From Tubiluchus corallicola (lineage: Eukaryota > Animalia > Priapulida), in NCBI GenBank assembly GCA_030141605.1, contig JAQGDQ010000118.1, positions 248,001 through 312,000 of the forward strand: 64,000 nucleotides of DNA. Reading direction: 5' to 3'. Below the pieces are notes generated by a model, which saw only the letters and a list, made by a program, of their open reading frames with translations, was not told where the DNA came from and ran no database searches. Position numbers and translations under genes: made by a program. Positions 41,184 to 54,439 of this stretch are shown here, in pieces (the stretch's first letter is position 1; each line of letters starts with the position of its first letter).

Positions 41184-41287
41184 CATCTAATCGAGGTATC
41201 TTAGGTACTGGTTCTCCACCATTGTGCTGACTGTTGTCACCAGATGATGGCACATCTGAAGTTATCTGCTGTTGAAGCAACGCTCTC
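41184..41287 (-). CDS. Tbx2/3: Tbx2/3 post-T-box exon: (K)RALLQQQITSDVPSSGDNSQHNGGEPVPKIPRLD; alternative in-frame donor at 41136
   Basis: The phase-2 acceptor (ttttatttaag) completes the AA|G Lys codon. The frame is open, and the phase-1 donor gtatgt matches the phase-1 acceptor of the last exon. Confidence 0.75.
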
Positions 41288-41882
41288 CTTAAATAAAACG
41301 GCCTTAATTAAGCACATTGGAATCTATCGAATTTTGTTGAAGCGTTTGAAAATAAGAGCCTAATAATGTAGTTCACCAATCGGTGGATGGGGCACTAGAT
41401 GTCTGTATAATACTTATATGACTTGCTAGTCTTAGTAAAAATAAACACGAGCCCTCAATCACAGCAAAAAATTGTATTTGAATTTCATTTTCAATAAGCA
41501 TTTGGGATCGTAGGACACTTAGTACAATGAAGAGGCATTTCTGCTCATTTCTTTTTACTCCACTGTATAACTCGCGGAATGACACAGCTCCATCCACCTA
41601 AGCCTTTGAGAAACTAAACTTAAAAAAACAATATTGATGATTTTGGTTAGTTTCCTGTTTTCAAGAGTTGAATTAAAATAGTTTTAAATACAAACAAATA
41701 CCAAACAAAACAAACGTGAAAATATATATACTTTTTAATTATTTAATGGCAAAGTAAACAATACAAATTATTTTCAAATAAACGCACTTACACACACTGA
41801 AATCTTGCATATTAATAGTTTTTAACATGCAGCAGTCATACAAACAAACATTCTTGAGTGTTTGCTTACTGAATTTAGTAAG

Positions 41883-42190
41883 ATCAGTAAGCCACTTTCT
41901 TTCTTGATTTCCCAAAAGTAATCATTGATCATGTTCTCAAATAATATGCACATGATGCTAAGTGCAAACCATTTTTCTCGAAATATGGCTGCTCTCAGTT
42001 CACTTTTGAATCTCTTTAGCTGTGAAAATGCTTTTTCTCTTGAACAGGCTTGGAAACAGCAAATTCATGACTAAATATTACTTAATTATAAAAATGAGTA
42101 TATAATCCCATCTGGAATCTTCTTGAGGCCCCAAGCAGATTGTGAGGCCCTAACCTGTAGGTTATTCAGTTTACACCTAAATCCGGGTAT
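41883..42190 (-). mobile_element. hAT (Tip100/ZMYM1-like) remnant with dimerisation-domain fragment
   Basis: Minus strand 42046-41883 reads CSREKAFSQLKRFKSELRAAIFREKWFALSIMCI, like ERSFSxLKRIKxxLR. A degenerate terminus CCGGATTTA...GGGCC lies near 42190. Confidence 0.75.
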
Positions 42191-42609
42191 GTGTACAGTG
42201 TGGAAATGACTATTTTTTACTGTCTTTGCTTTCCCGCAAGTTAAATTAGTATATCATCTATATTGATTGAATCAATTGACCATTACAATGCTTTTACGAT
42301 TCCAATTATCGCAAATTTAGTGCCCAATTATACCTTGAGCTTACTTTAGCAAACAGCAATTTTCTTTGATCTTTTCTTTGTTCGACGGGCGAAAATTATT
42401 CAAGTATAATTAATGAATTAATCGCTAACACATAAACATATTCTTTAAATTTGTTCCATTGCGTTAACTTTGATTGTGTATTATAAACATATTATAGGTT
42501 ATACGTTTTTACTCTCCCTTTAGCCTGTAGTTACCTGTGCCTATTATACTAATAAAATTTAGAACACAAACGTTATATATATATATGTGTGTGTGTGTGT
42601 TGTAAATAG

Positions 42610-42792
42610 TAAATGCAAAAAGTCTAAATTATAATAACCGTTACAAAAAATTATGCGTCTAGCAAAATACAAGTCAAGGGTTTCTGTTTTCACCGAGTAA
42701 ACACTCAAATACTTTTCGATATACTTTTTCTAATGTTCCAGAAGTTCAAAAGAAATAATGGTGAAGGTCTACATTTTTCTTTTTCAAACACG
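42610..42792. repeat. Dispersed copy of the internal segment of the 45545-46269 element
   Basis: Aligns in direct orientation with ~45805-45980 (ctaaattataataa...gagtaaacactcaaata...gaaataatggtga). Confidence 0.8.
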
Positions 42793-43416
42793 TCTATAAG
42801 TTAGTAATCATATATTATATAATCGTATTAATTATTACAAAACAGTCGCCTCATTCATTGCATGTTATGAAATTATAATAATAAATTGTTTAAAATTTAA
42901 CCGCAAATACTATATAAAGTAAAATCAATTTGCGAATGATCCAGTTAAAGTATGTATACAAATTAATTAATTAATGGTTACAGACAAACATATATTCATA
43001 ATATCTACTTTTGGTCAAATACAGTTTGCACATTTTATCAAAATTTTATTTCTTACGCACATAAGTTAGCAAAGTTGCTAAGCGTGTGTGTCTGATAAGC
43101 AAGTTAATTTTTAATTTTCCACGTACATCAGTTACCAAGTTAAGCCAAAAGGTCTATAAGAAAAGGCGTGTCCCTGGACTGAATTAAGTTGTACCAACAT
43201 AATGAGAAATAAGTACGTCCCACCGATAATGAGTACAGTGTCTAATTGCAAAATTAATGATTGAAATATTAGCAACTAATAGCAGCACGATAACCATGCA
43301 GATATGAATAACTTGAAGACAGTTCTCACCTCACGCCAATTGAATGTTAACGCATCAACTAAATTTAAGACTTTACAGTCTTTGTTTTAAACTCATTAAT
43401 GCAAAACGAAACTTAC

Positions 43417-43493
43417 TTTTTCTCTCGTTTCCCACCTCCAGTATCCCGAAAGCCCTTTGCGAATGGGTTGTGATCAATTTTTAATTGTGTTAT
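43417..43493 (-). CDS. Tbx2/3: Tbx2/3 exon: [25 protein letters not shown](K), end of T-box plus basic NLS-like motif
   Basis: Manual translation gives the invariant NPFAKGFR motif. Acceptor gttacag, donor gtaagt; 77 nt, phase 0 to 2. Confidence 0.97.
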
Positions 43494-43628
43494 CTGTAAC
43501 AAAGATTTAAACTTTTCACGTTTTTTATCACAAAACAATTATTATTTTAGCATTTTTTAATAAAAACCTATGGTTGTTTTTTCTTATTTAGCAGCTGACT
43601 TATATGAATTTTAATTGTTGCCAATTCC

Positions 43629-43729
43629 GCCATCATCATCATCACCATCACCACCACCACCATCACCGTCGTCATCGTCATCACCATCGTCACCATCACC
43701 ATCACCATCGTCATCATCATCATCGTCAC

Positions 43730-43771
<42 letters not shown>

Positions 43772-43783
43772 TATCATCACCAT
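43629..43783. repeat. (CAT/CAC/CGT)n trinucleotide microsatellite
   Basis: Direct reading; intronic. Confidence 0.95.
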
Positions 43784-45544
43784 AGGGTAGGCTGTTGCTA
43801 GCATGTGTATCGTCACAATTATCAGCTTTCTCTGATTGCTAAAAACTTATAGTCTCTCGCAGCAGTTTTTACCATAGCATGACTAAAGTTTAACTTCTCA
43901 TACAACATTATAAATTTTATTCATTTGTAATAATTTTAACCATTATTTTTCTTGTGCCCTCGCTTTTTTCTTTAGTGTGCAGCGTTAAACTTGAAATAGA
44001 CGAATTCTCTTATTAATTTATTGGGTACATAACTTAGGACCTATTACGATAGTTTTAAGCATGCAATGATATGCAAGTAAATGCATGTATGTTTTTCTAA
44101 CTGCTTGCACAATGCAAACCGCTTCGCCAAGTAATCGTAATGCATATATTTGGCTTCTTCCTATACATACATGACTAACAACTGAAGCCAGATATTAGCA
44201 TAACCAAGTGATTTAATCTGAACAATTACAACAGATGCAGTCGGGAACAACATGGCAGATTATCCATCCGCTAATCTACATAATGATTAATACAGCTGGA
44301 TCAATGTACGGTCACGTGACCTGGCGGGTCACCCAGAGACGGGATTCGCGTTAAATTCACGATAAAGTGTGTTTAATTCAATTAAGGCTGTTTTACAACG
44401 TATAATATTGAATCACGACACTCAATCCAAGCATTTATAAAAGTATACAGAGCGTCGCATGCACATTTTGCCCATCAATCGAATGCAGTAAACCTGCGAA
44501 AATGTGAGTGTGCGTCAGAATAATGTTTATACACCATGGTTGCGTGAAAGCTCAAAATTTATACGACTTTAATTAATACAATTTTGAAATTGTTGAGTTT
44601 AACGATAACACGACATCCAAGTTAGGGCCGCAGTACAATGTAGGTTTCGCAAGAGTAATGCGGCTAATTCAGCAATTGAAGTTCTCGGGAAATTAAATAT
44701 GTCTGAATAATAAAGCTATTGCATAAAGCTATTGGTTTTTTAAAGTGCGTATTAATTTTGTATTTACATAAAACTCTATATAATATAGAGCCTTACGCAA
44801 CGATAGGCCTACATAATTCATATTTATATCTAATTTACCGCAATGTATACTAAAATACGTTACTGGTCACACCTAAACAATATTTACACCGCTTTACAAA
44901 CAAAAACGGGCAAAAAGCTAATATATATCGAGAAAAAGAAACGTACAGACAATTTTTCTCGAAAAAGAGTTTATAGCAAATAAGCTAAACCTGTTTTTTT
45001 CTGTTCTTATGGGAGACGAGCACCACTAGGCCTTGTACCGTAAGTACATGCATATTATTACATTATTCTGCGTTCAGACTTCCACCGGGTCAGTTAGGCT
45101 TCCTTAGCTTTATTACTTGTTGCAGTCATTATACTGATTGCACGCCTCTAAAGCTAGCCTATAATTCCACTTCTGATTCGAATGTTAGAGACTCATTTAG
45201 GTCTGACAGCCTCCGTGCCAAACCGTCGCCTCGAACGTGGAAATTTGACAATTTGTCCTTGCGTCACGCCCACAGCATCGCAATCTATAATGTCCAAGTT
45301 GCAAACGGATGAAGTTGTAAGAGTTTCCAACCGACTGGCTAATAACGTGTTGGGCAATTTGACGTTGAAGTAGCTGCTAGGAAAATAGAGCACAATCGAT
45401 GCCGCCCAAAGCAGGAGAATGTTACAACAATCGGGAAAAATTACCAACATGTTTGACCAGTGAAGTTTCCTTGTTGTGGCAAAACGGGGACTTTAATAAT
45501 GACTGATGAACGAAATGGGACATAATGTGTGCAGTAACTAGTTG

Positions 45545-46269
45545 CAGGCGTACGGGAGGATGTTTCACAAGAAAGACTGGGGGGGAGGCAGAAAGGATTT
45601 TCCTAAAATTGTTGTTGTCTAAAAAGTTGTCTAAAATTTTCTAAGTTGCCCTAGCCTGAGTAGTTTCTAATTAAGTGCATATAATTGTATAAGACAAAGA
45701 CTGATATGTGCCTACGTGTCTGTAAACAAAACATTTATACTTGTACACATACACTGTTATACTTATTAATACAATTATACATATTTGTGCTCAATATAAC
45801 ATACTGTAATTGCAAAACGCCTAAATTATAATAATTTACAAAAAAATATGAATCTAACTAACCAAGGGTTTGTATTTTCACTGAGTAAACACTCAAATAG
45901 TTTCAGATGTACTTTTTCTAATATTTCAGAAATTCAAAGGAAATAATGGTGACGGTCAATGCGTTTCTTTCGCAATCACGGTTTGTCATTGATGAGCGTG
46001 TACTAAGAAATGTATAGAGGGCGTATGTGGTTCAGTGAAATAAATTTAATGGCAGGATGTATTTTTATTATCTTTGAGATAATTAAGAGTTAAAAACAAT
46101 TGTACAAAAAACACTGTAACTGCATCGAGGAAAAAGAGGTGGCGCAGCACATGAGCAATTTTTGAATATTAAAACTTTAAATTTTGAAATAAACTTATCT
46201 GCTATGAAAATGGATAATTCATTTGCACTGGGAGAGTAGCCCCCAGGACCCCCGCTGCTTATGCCCATG
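45545..46269. mobile_element. Non-autonomous hAT-like element
   Basis: Degenerate termini CAGGCGTA and TATGCCCATG with G/C runs subterminally. 8-bp TSD actagttg/actagttc (7/8). Confidence 0.65.
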
Positions 46270-47185
46270 ACTAGTTCCAGAGATATTGAAATTACTTAAA
46301 CGATTCGATTTCGGAACTGTATTCACCACATTATACAGTAATTTGGAAACAAAATCATTAAAACAAAGTCCTAGCTGGTGACTACTGCATGGTGTGCAAT
46401 GTACTATGCAAAAAGGCACTTTGCACTAGATACGCAAATAAAAGGCCATTAACAGACGCAAATATTGCTGCAATAATGCAAAAAACATAATAAAAGGTCT
46501 TAAAGGAAGCCAATACGGCAAAGTAAGAAAGTGAATTTTCAGAAGACATAAATAATACATTTATACTACTTCCACAAACGTTGATGTGCAAAATTCGAAA
46601 CTGCAATCGAAAATTTAGTTCTAGGAATATTCTGCAAATCTGCTCTTTTCTCCAGTTTTTGGTAAACGCAATGATAGCTTAAAAATCGAGGATAGTAAGA
46701 GCAAAAACGGCCCATAAAATAAGCTGTTCAAAAAGCACACACGTTCACAAAAGCAAAAACTAAAATGAAGAATGTCGTTTATCATGTTGCTTCAAAGAAC
46801 TGTGTGAAAGGAACGGAAATGGGTCAGCAAGTCGAAGGTCACTTCGAAGTTACTTTCTTGAACTATAGATGGGTCACTCAATACTCAGTTACTCAAATAA
46901 CGCCCAAAAGACTTACTCGGTCCCAAAAGAAGTAAAGTAAAAATAAAACCAAATGAGAATGTTTCTGAGACTTAACACCAGGTTCGTTTTCAATAAGCAA
47001 TTTGTTCTAAACTAAATTCTGGGATATGAATGGATCGTGAAGATTAGGAAGTCAGAACTTGTGCTAGATGGCATTCAATGCAAAAAGATAATGAAAAAAA
47101 TATTGTAACTTTTATGACTTTTAGGTCAAGTGGGCTGCTTGAGTGAAGGTCACTCAGCACAAAATTTCGCTGCTATTCCCGGTAT

Positions 47186-47272
47186 GATAAGATGAGACAA
47201 GACAAGACAAGGCAAGGCAAGGCAAAACAATACAAGCTACGATACGATACGACAAGATAAGATAGGATAAAC
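47186..47272. repeat. Compound pentanucleotide microsatellite (ACAAG/GCAAG/ATACG/ATAAG)
   Basis: A 5-bp period is kept while the unit sequence drifts. Confidence 0.85.
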
Positions 47273-48451
47273 ACCAAACGTATATTTTAGCAGCAGATAA
47301 AAGACCTCTTATGGAGCTTATGGCACCGGCTGATAAATACTTTATATATTTTCCTTTGCCATTCAATAGAAGAAAAAGGGAAAAATACTTCCTAACAAAC
47401 TATGTTGAATCCAGAAACTGGATATTATTGGAGGTGATGACATTCCAAGTCTCATCAATAAATCAGTGATGAAACCCCACAAACAAACACGCTCAGAATC
47501 TGTTTGAAGCCAAGTTTGTCCGGTTGCCATCAGGAACATTTCGCATACAATCGCATCATCCATCACAGTTGCTCAAACAGATATCAATTTCAGTTGGAAC
47601 TTCGTATCAGAATTTGCGTGGACGCACAGAGTTTGCTCACAGTGAAGCTTTGAGGTTTGGTAAGTGGCATAACTCGTCCCTCGAGTGTATAATTCGTCGA
47701 GAATTGGACAAATGGTACGTTACCGGAGACGTTCGTATCTCCACTTACGTATTTGTACAGCTAAAGAGTAAACGCCGCCAATGGGTGCCTGTGTTCTAAA
47801 ACTAACATTGAACGTTGACTGATATGGGCTGAAGACAATCGTGCCTCGTTACGTCTATTGTTGACGCGCGCAGAGGCGGGCTGGCCGCTGAAAAGAACAA
47901 GCTCAGCCTAGTATTTTATCTAGCGACTTATTTACCGAGTTGCAGAATTAATAGATGTTTAAATAAGAAGCACAATACGGCTGCCAAATCATGATTTCGA
48001 AGTCAAATTCAGGCCCCATTTGATGCCAGATTATACACAGGATGTCACTAGAGTTAATGGATGAAATGGGTTGCAATTCTTCTTTCATGATCATGCAGTA
48101 GTCGTTACCATCTGCAGTTCTGCCATCCACAATTCCATGTGCAATCTTGCAACCAGTAGTTCCCAAGCTTTTTGGCCTACGAGCCAATTGGCTTTCAGAA
48201 GGAAGATCATGGCCTACTACAGCGTCTATGGAGTTTTAACTCTTTTCCTTTTTAGCTATTGCTTATTTTTGCTCAGCTACTTTGTCATAGAATCGCGCAT
48301 TCTATTTTTGTTGTACTTACTGTGATTACTATGAGTTGAAATAACATTAGCAAGATTAATTAATTTTAAACCAAAGCTGGTGTAGTTTATCCAAGCTGAA
48401 CTTTTACGTGACATATATGTATCTCAAAATCGAATAACTCCCATGAAAACG

Positions 48452-48565
48452 ACATGAATCAAATGAACCAATATGAAATGATATGAAATGATATGAACTA
48501 ATATGAACCAGAATATATGAACCAATGTGAGACGATGTGAACCATAAAAACTAATATGAACCAAA
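48452..48565. repeat. Degenerate ~10-bp tandem repeat (ATATGAACCA/ATATGAAATG)
   Basis: Direct reading. Confidence 0.75.
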
Positions 48566-50333
48566 ATACCAATACTTTGGTTCAAAATTTGTCATACAAT
48601 AATTCGAAGATTTGTTTTTAAAACATGCACCTTTTTGTTTTGGCAGTAATGACTTTTGTCAAAAAGTTCGATTTACCATTGTTTTTTCTAAATATACAAC
48701 TTATAAAATAATTTCATAAATTCATAGTTCTTATAAGAAACATACAACGTAAACTGGTAAAATTTCCACGAATTATAGCCCTATAAGTACTCTTCATTCT
48801 GTGGGTGTAGGAAAATCAGTTTCAATTGAATTTAAATTCTGTGTTTTAATTTACTTTACTGGCGTATGCATGGCGTAAGAACATTGGGTCTGTGCATGGC
48901 AATATGGAAACCAAATTAGATTAACTGCTTTCTCAAAAAGATGTTTCACAAAAATGTCAATATCAAAATTTAAACAGGCTATTTAATATTGTGTAAAATC
49001 TGCGGGCATTGCTGTTCGCAACTAATTTGGGCATTTCGGTGGCAAATGTCAATTTTTCTGGCGCCAGCGTTATTATCAGTCTCTACTTTCAGTAAGCGAA
49101 TTTATAGTCAAATCAATTCAGACGAACGAGAATGCTCTATATGCGCATGTTAAGCGATGCCGAATACCAACCTCACTGAAGCCAGTTATAAAGCATGTGA
49201 TAAGATAAACCCAAGAAGGCGTTATTAAGTTCATAAAAAAGTAGTAAAGGACATTATATAGGCATAGCTATTGTCTGCTTGGGTGAATCACAGCTCCAGA
49301 GTTAAGCAAATTATTAGTTTAACCCTTGAGTTAAAAACGAATTGAGCATTTTTTGCTAATGAAGATATATGGGTGGACATTATTATGATAAAATCAAGCA
49401 AAAACGTTCCCAAAAAAGATTTTCAAATTAATAAATGGTATATAGTGAATCAAGCAAGAAAAAGTAAGAAAAATATCAAGGTCTCAAACAAGTGAAAAAT
49501 TATTTCATAACATTAAAAATAAAATCGTGGAGTAAAAATGTAACGAAATACTCGTATAAGAAATGACAAAATGTAGAGGTATTGTAGAAATATTAAATAT
49601 TACTATGTGTTTCATTGTGAACATTATAAAAGCAAAACATACAAGTCACAATTGTAAAAGTAAAACATGCAAGTCATAAGTGCTTACGTGTAATTTCAGC
49701 ATTTCATATGCGGTAATGGTAACTAAATAACCCTTTGCTTGCTGACTAACCCTTTTGAAGTAAGAAAAGTAATCCTTGGCAAGCGCCACAGGGACTCGTA
49801 GTAACTGATTCAGATTGAAATGTGTAGATTGACAATTTTCCACTGAGTACTAAAAAGATGCGACATCAATAAACTTTATAGCCAATAGTGTCAAATGGAT
49901 TGTACCCTAGTGAGTTGATTGTGCTAATTTAGGCTCTGATTCAGACAGAGCATTGCAACTTGCGTGAGTGACTGATTATATAGGAATGAATTTTGAATAT
50001 TTTTGCACAAAATGTTGAATAAAATCACGATATTGGTTTAGCGCTTTGGCTGACAGGGTGATTGCTCAAAAGGCATTGGGTGTCGAGTGGTAAGCTGGAC
50101 AGTAAACTGATAAAAAATCGACAAGGCGACTAGAACCAAAATCGAACGCTAGACAAGAATCAGAATAAGTCCACAAACATCAATTAGAAGTAGTCGACTC
50201 AAAATTATACTCCTGTTGTCGACTCAAAACTATACTTCTGGTCTTACTCCTGGTCACCGTAAGTCCCGCTGACACAAGAGACACACCACCACTGACACAA
50301 GAGAAGCGGCAAACCACCGACACAAGACCCACA

Positions 50334-50722
50334 CCAAGTGAACCATCCTGGTTATTGTGTTGAATAAAGTCTGCATTTAAGGCTGTTGTTTGTTATCAAT
50401 TGGCAGCCAAATAATGAACAAACAAGAATATTTTGTAGGTATACATTTAAGCTAACAATAAATTTTGCATTCCCCGAACAATTTTACACATATTTTAATA
50501 TTGAATTGTCAAAACTAGTTGTACTTAGCAATAAGTGTAAGTGTGTATGATGCAAAAGTTTTGTACGAGTTTGCAAAAACGAAAGCATTATAGAATTTTT
50601 CACAATTCGCAGAACGTCTAGTTACATGATGATGATGATGATCAATCAAGGTACTAACGAAACTTTAGGAACTGTAAAAACGTAAAAACTGTGTGTGTGT
50701 GTGTGTGTGTGTGCGTGCGTGC

Positions 50723-50757
<35 letters not shown>

Positions 50758-50774
50758 TGTGTGCACGCGCGCGC

Positions 50775-50816
<42 letters not shown>

Positions 50817-50887
50817 AGCATGTGGCAGTATACATGTGCATTGATTATATTGCTCCTAACTTTATTGATATCTATATAATTAACCGC
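50334..50887 (+). mobile_element. Unclassified ~550-bp interspersed element with internal (GT)n, copy A
   Basis: Reverse-complement similarity along its length to 52186-52760. Confidence 0.8.
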
Positions 50888-50903
50888 AATTATAATCATC
50901 TAA

Positions 50904-51215
50904 GTGACACAAAACGCACAGCACGGACACAAGTAGCACACCACCAACACAAGAGCGGCAACACTGGCACAAGAGGCACACCACTGACACAAGAAACACA
51001 CTAGTGATACAAGAGGCACTACACTGACACAAGAGGCACACCACTGACACAAGCAGCATACTACTGACACAGGAGGCACACCATTAACACAAGAGGCACA
51101 CCAATGACACAAGAAGCATACCACTGACACAGAAGGTACACAATTGACACAAGAGCCACACCACTAACTCGAGGCACACCACTGACACAAGAGACACACC
51201 ACTGACAAGAGGCAT
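50904..51215. repeat. 22-bp minisatellite (ACACAAGAGGCACACCACTGAC), about 14 units, plus about 3 units at 50268-50335
   Basis: Direct reading; the array is interrupted by copy A of the 550-bp element. Confidence 0.95.
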
Positions 51216-52185
51216 ACGACAGGACTTCGTGTTTTTTAAATTTTGTTGTTAACTACAATATTTTTTTATATAAAAAGAGAAAAAATAGAGAATCACAAAC
51301 AAGTTTGCTGATCTCAGTGATCACGTGGTTTCGGGATTGTTCCTGACTTCAGCGCAATCAAATTGGGAACTAATGTGGTAGTTTCTGTTGTTGTGTTAAG
51401 ATGACAAAATTAAACCACACACTGGTATGAGAGTAAATAAAGACAATTTCTTTGCCGCAATAAGGTCGTCTGAAAGTCAAATTTTGTTTCGAATCATAAA
51501 TGTCCGTCAATTATTCCGCATGACTAAGTGATCTTGCTGAAATACCATAGCAGGATATACTAGACTCTGCTAGAATCTTTTGAACAAAAGCTTGCAGGGA
51601 GATAAGACTTGACTTAACTCCCTGGTGTCGTGACAAAAATTTTATAAGTATAAAAACTGCTGAAGTTGATTAAGCCTGTCACGCAAAGTTCATCTCGAAA
51701 AATCTTTTGTATTCACACTTGTACTTGTTAAGCCATAATCAGGCGTTTAAATCCATTTGAAAATTATGGAAAAGTCTGCGCAAATGAGACTGGCGTCAAC
51801 CTGCTCGTTAAAATCGCATACCTGCGTTAAAACGTCACTCTTCAGTCACGAAACGTGACGTCACCAGCTCATTAGGTGTCACGTGGATCAGGTAGATTTT
51901 CGCCAGGTATTTGGCGAAGAATTAACCAGCTCAATACTCGGTTACACGTCAGAAATAAACTGACCTGTGTGAATACATTTTTTTCAACAACTAAGTGACG
52001 TTTCACTTAGTCCAGAAACTTTATAGTTGCAAACTGCAAACGTTTCTACATAATCATTACAATGTTTTCCCATTATCTTTTTTATTTTGCCGACAAAAAC
52101 ACAATTAACATAATAATTATATAAAGAAATGAAGAATCTTTAAGGATGAACCGAATGGATTCCAGTTTTTATATAAATACATGTT

Positions 52186-52305
52186 AGCCGATTAATTATA
52201 GATACAAATTATATTAAGAGTAATTATGCAATGCACATGCATAACGCCACATGCTACACACACACGCACACACGCACGCGCGCGCACGCACACACAACAC
52301 ACACA

Positions 52306-52342
<37 letters not shown>

Positions 52343-52343
52343 A

Positions 52344-52375
<32 letters not shown>

Positions 52376-52760
52376 TTATACGTGATGCGTAATACGTTTA
52401 CTACGTTTTTATGTCGTTTTTACGTTTTTTACAGTCCCTAGTTTCTTTTAGGACCTTGCTCGTCATCATCACAGCACTTTGAGTAGCTATGAACGTTCTG
52501 CGAATTACGAAAAATTTTATATAGATATGCTTTCGCTTTGGCAAACTCGTACAAAACTTTTGCATTACAAACACTTACGTTTATTGCTAAGTACAACAGT
52601 AGTTTTGGCAATACTAAGATACGTGTAAACTTGTTGGGCGAAATGCAGAATTTATTGTAAGCTTAAGTTTGTTAATTAATTGGTTGCCAGTTGACAACAA
52701 ACAACTGCCTAAATGCAGAACTGTATATATTCAACAAAATAACAAAAATGGTTCACTTGG
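52186..52760 (-). mobile_element. Unclassified ~550-bp interspersed element with (CA)n/(TA)n, copy B (inverted)
   Basis: For example gcaaactcgtacaaaacttttgcat (~52540) is the reverse complement of atgcaaaagttttgtacgagtttgc (~50550). Both copies share the cacgcgcgcgc core and the ccaagtgaacc end. Confidence 0.8.
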
Positions 52761-52830
52761 ATTTTATAGTAGATATTATTATAGGCCTAGTTGCCAATAT
52801 AGATTGCAATAGGGCGTACCCGGTACTTAC

Positions 52831-52977
52831 TTTTTCATTTTGGTACGCAGTAACAGCGATAAAAGACGTTTCTTTAAATACGTAAGTCCTGAACTGACTC
52901 CAGGGTAATTTTAGAATGTCGTTTGCTCGAACCAAATGAAACCTCGGCTGGTATTTGTGCATAGAGTTCAAAATAGT
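52831..52977 (-). CDS. Tbx2/3: Tbx2/3 exon: [49 protein letters not shown]
   Basis: ORF track 52753..52971 contains this T-box segment. Acceptor catttcag, donor gtaagt; 147 nt. Confidence 0.97.
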
Positions 52978-53793
52978 CTGAAATGTTCAATAAAATTACT
53001 AATTATTATTATTGCATAGCAAACTTTCTTGCATTAATAAGATAATTAACTTTTGAGTAGGAAAACGAAGCAACAAATTCAAAATTTTTATTATCTGCTG
53101 TCACTTGTTCTGTCACGAACAACATTTACAAGCTCACGAAGGCTTCTAGTTGGTGAACTTATGTACATGCTTTCTTTGAAAGCATTTATGTACCTTAATG
53201 TTGTGCAAATTTATAGTATGAAATACATGCTTTACAGAATTCGTTCAAACTAGGTTTATTCTATAATACCATCAGCAAAATGCAACAAACGTCTAAGCCA
53301 AAAATGCTTTCTTTATTTGTACATACTGATAGCAGAATTTAACAATGGACCAAATCTGACTAAAAGATTAGTTGCATTATGTTAATGCGTACGCCTGGCT
53401 TACTATTGGTCCACCAGCTATTCTTGTTTACCTAATTGGTTGTCTGGTTGAGTATACTACTGGATTTCATTATTCTCTTTGTTGTGTTGACAAGTTAAAC
53501 TGACAGCCTTAGGGATAAACTAATTTGCATTGGATCAAATTCAAACGCCGCCAAACGATGAATGTGATTTCCATAAGTTAACTAGAACCAATTTCAGGGC
53601 CTTTTTCGTCGCTTCCTGTGTGTTTTATAATAACAGTAGTTATTAATCTCGGCCAAATTCTTTTGTCGAGTTTACTTTTCTTTGATAAAAAAAGCGACAC
53701 TTTGCATAAACCTTCACGTTATTTTCCTTTTGAGTTGACCAGCACAACAAAGTTCAGAAGCGCTTAAAACTTTGTGATCACATGGTACTTAGT

Positions 53794-53980
53794 CAGAGAT
53801 GGAAATGGTCAAGTTTTACAACCTCTTACCCACTGACCCGTGTTTTTCAGTCCATTTTCTTCCAGCGCGATCCGAGAAACTTAAAATTTATATTCCACGA
53901 CTCGCTTTACAAACGCCACCAAAATGAGCTGAATTTTCCGCAAAAATAATTAATGTAAATGTTAATATATGACCTACAAA

Positions 53981-54020
<40 letters not shown>

Positions 54021-54259
54021 GGGAATATATATACATATATATATATATAGGGAATTTCATCTTTGATTAAAGCAATGCAATTCGCTAAAATACGAATGAC
54101 TGAATGAATTGTAATATTGTAACTGGATGCATAAATTAAAACCATGCTTGTAATCAAACTCAAACTTCCTACTAGTAAGGACCTGTGCCCCCCCCCCCCG
54201 TGTACTGCAAAAAAAATTTCCAATTGACCCTTTGATGCAGTGACCTATTTCCATTTCTG
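53794..54259. mobile_element. hAT-like MITE with internal (TA)n
   Basis: Termini CAGAGATGGAAAT-GGTCA and TGACCTATTTCCATTTCTG, with subterminal TGACCC motifs. No clear TSD. Confidence 0.6.
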
Positions 54260-54439
54260 ACCTTGTAATGTTATTCAGTGAAATTACTTAGTCAATTTAA
54301 TGAAACTGACCATCAGCTTCCATTAAATTCGAGCCCAAAAATTCTGTCTGATCAAAAAGATATCATAAAACGTAAAGGATTTGCTTGAATTTAATTTTTA
54401 TTGACTTATTAGTTATAATAATTAAATATTTTCACTCAC

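Noticed and set aside
44867-44874. Perfect T-box half site TCACACCT
   Set aside because: A lone 8-mer is expected by chance in 64 kb, and no supporting motif cluster surrounds it.
50268-51215. 22-bp repeat array as a CRISPR-like locus
   Set aside because: The units are contiguous with no unique spacers, there are no cas genes, and the context is a eukaryotic intron.
48154-51375. Large hAT element bounded by CAGTAGTTCCCAA and TTGGGAACTAATG
   Set aside because: There is no matching 8-bp TSD, so these are probably unrelated solo termini.
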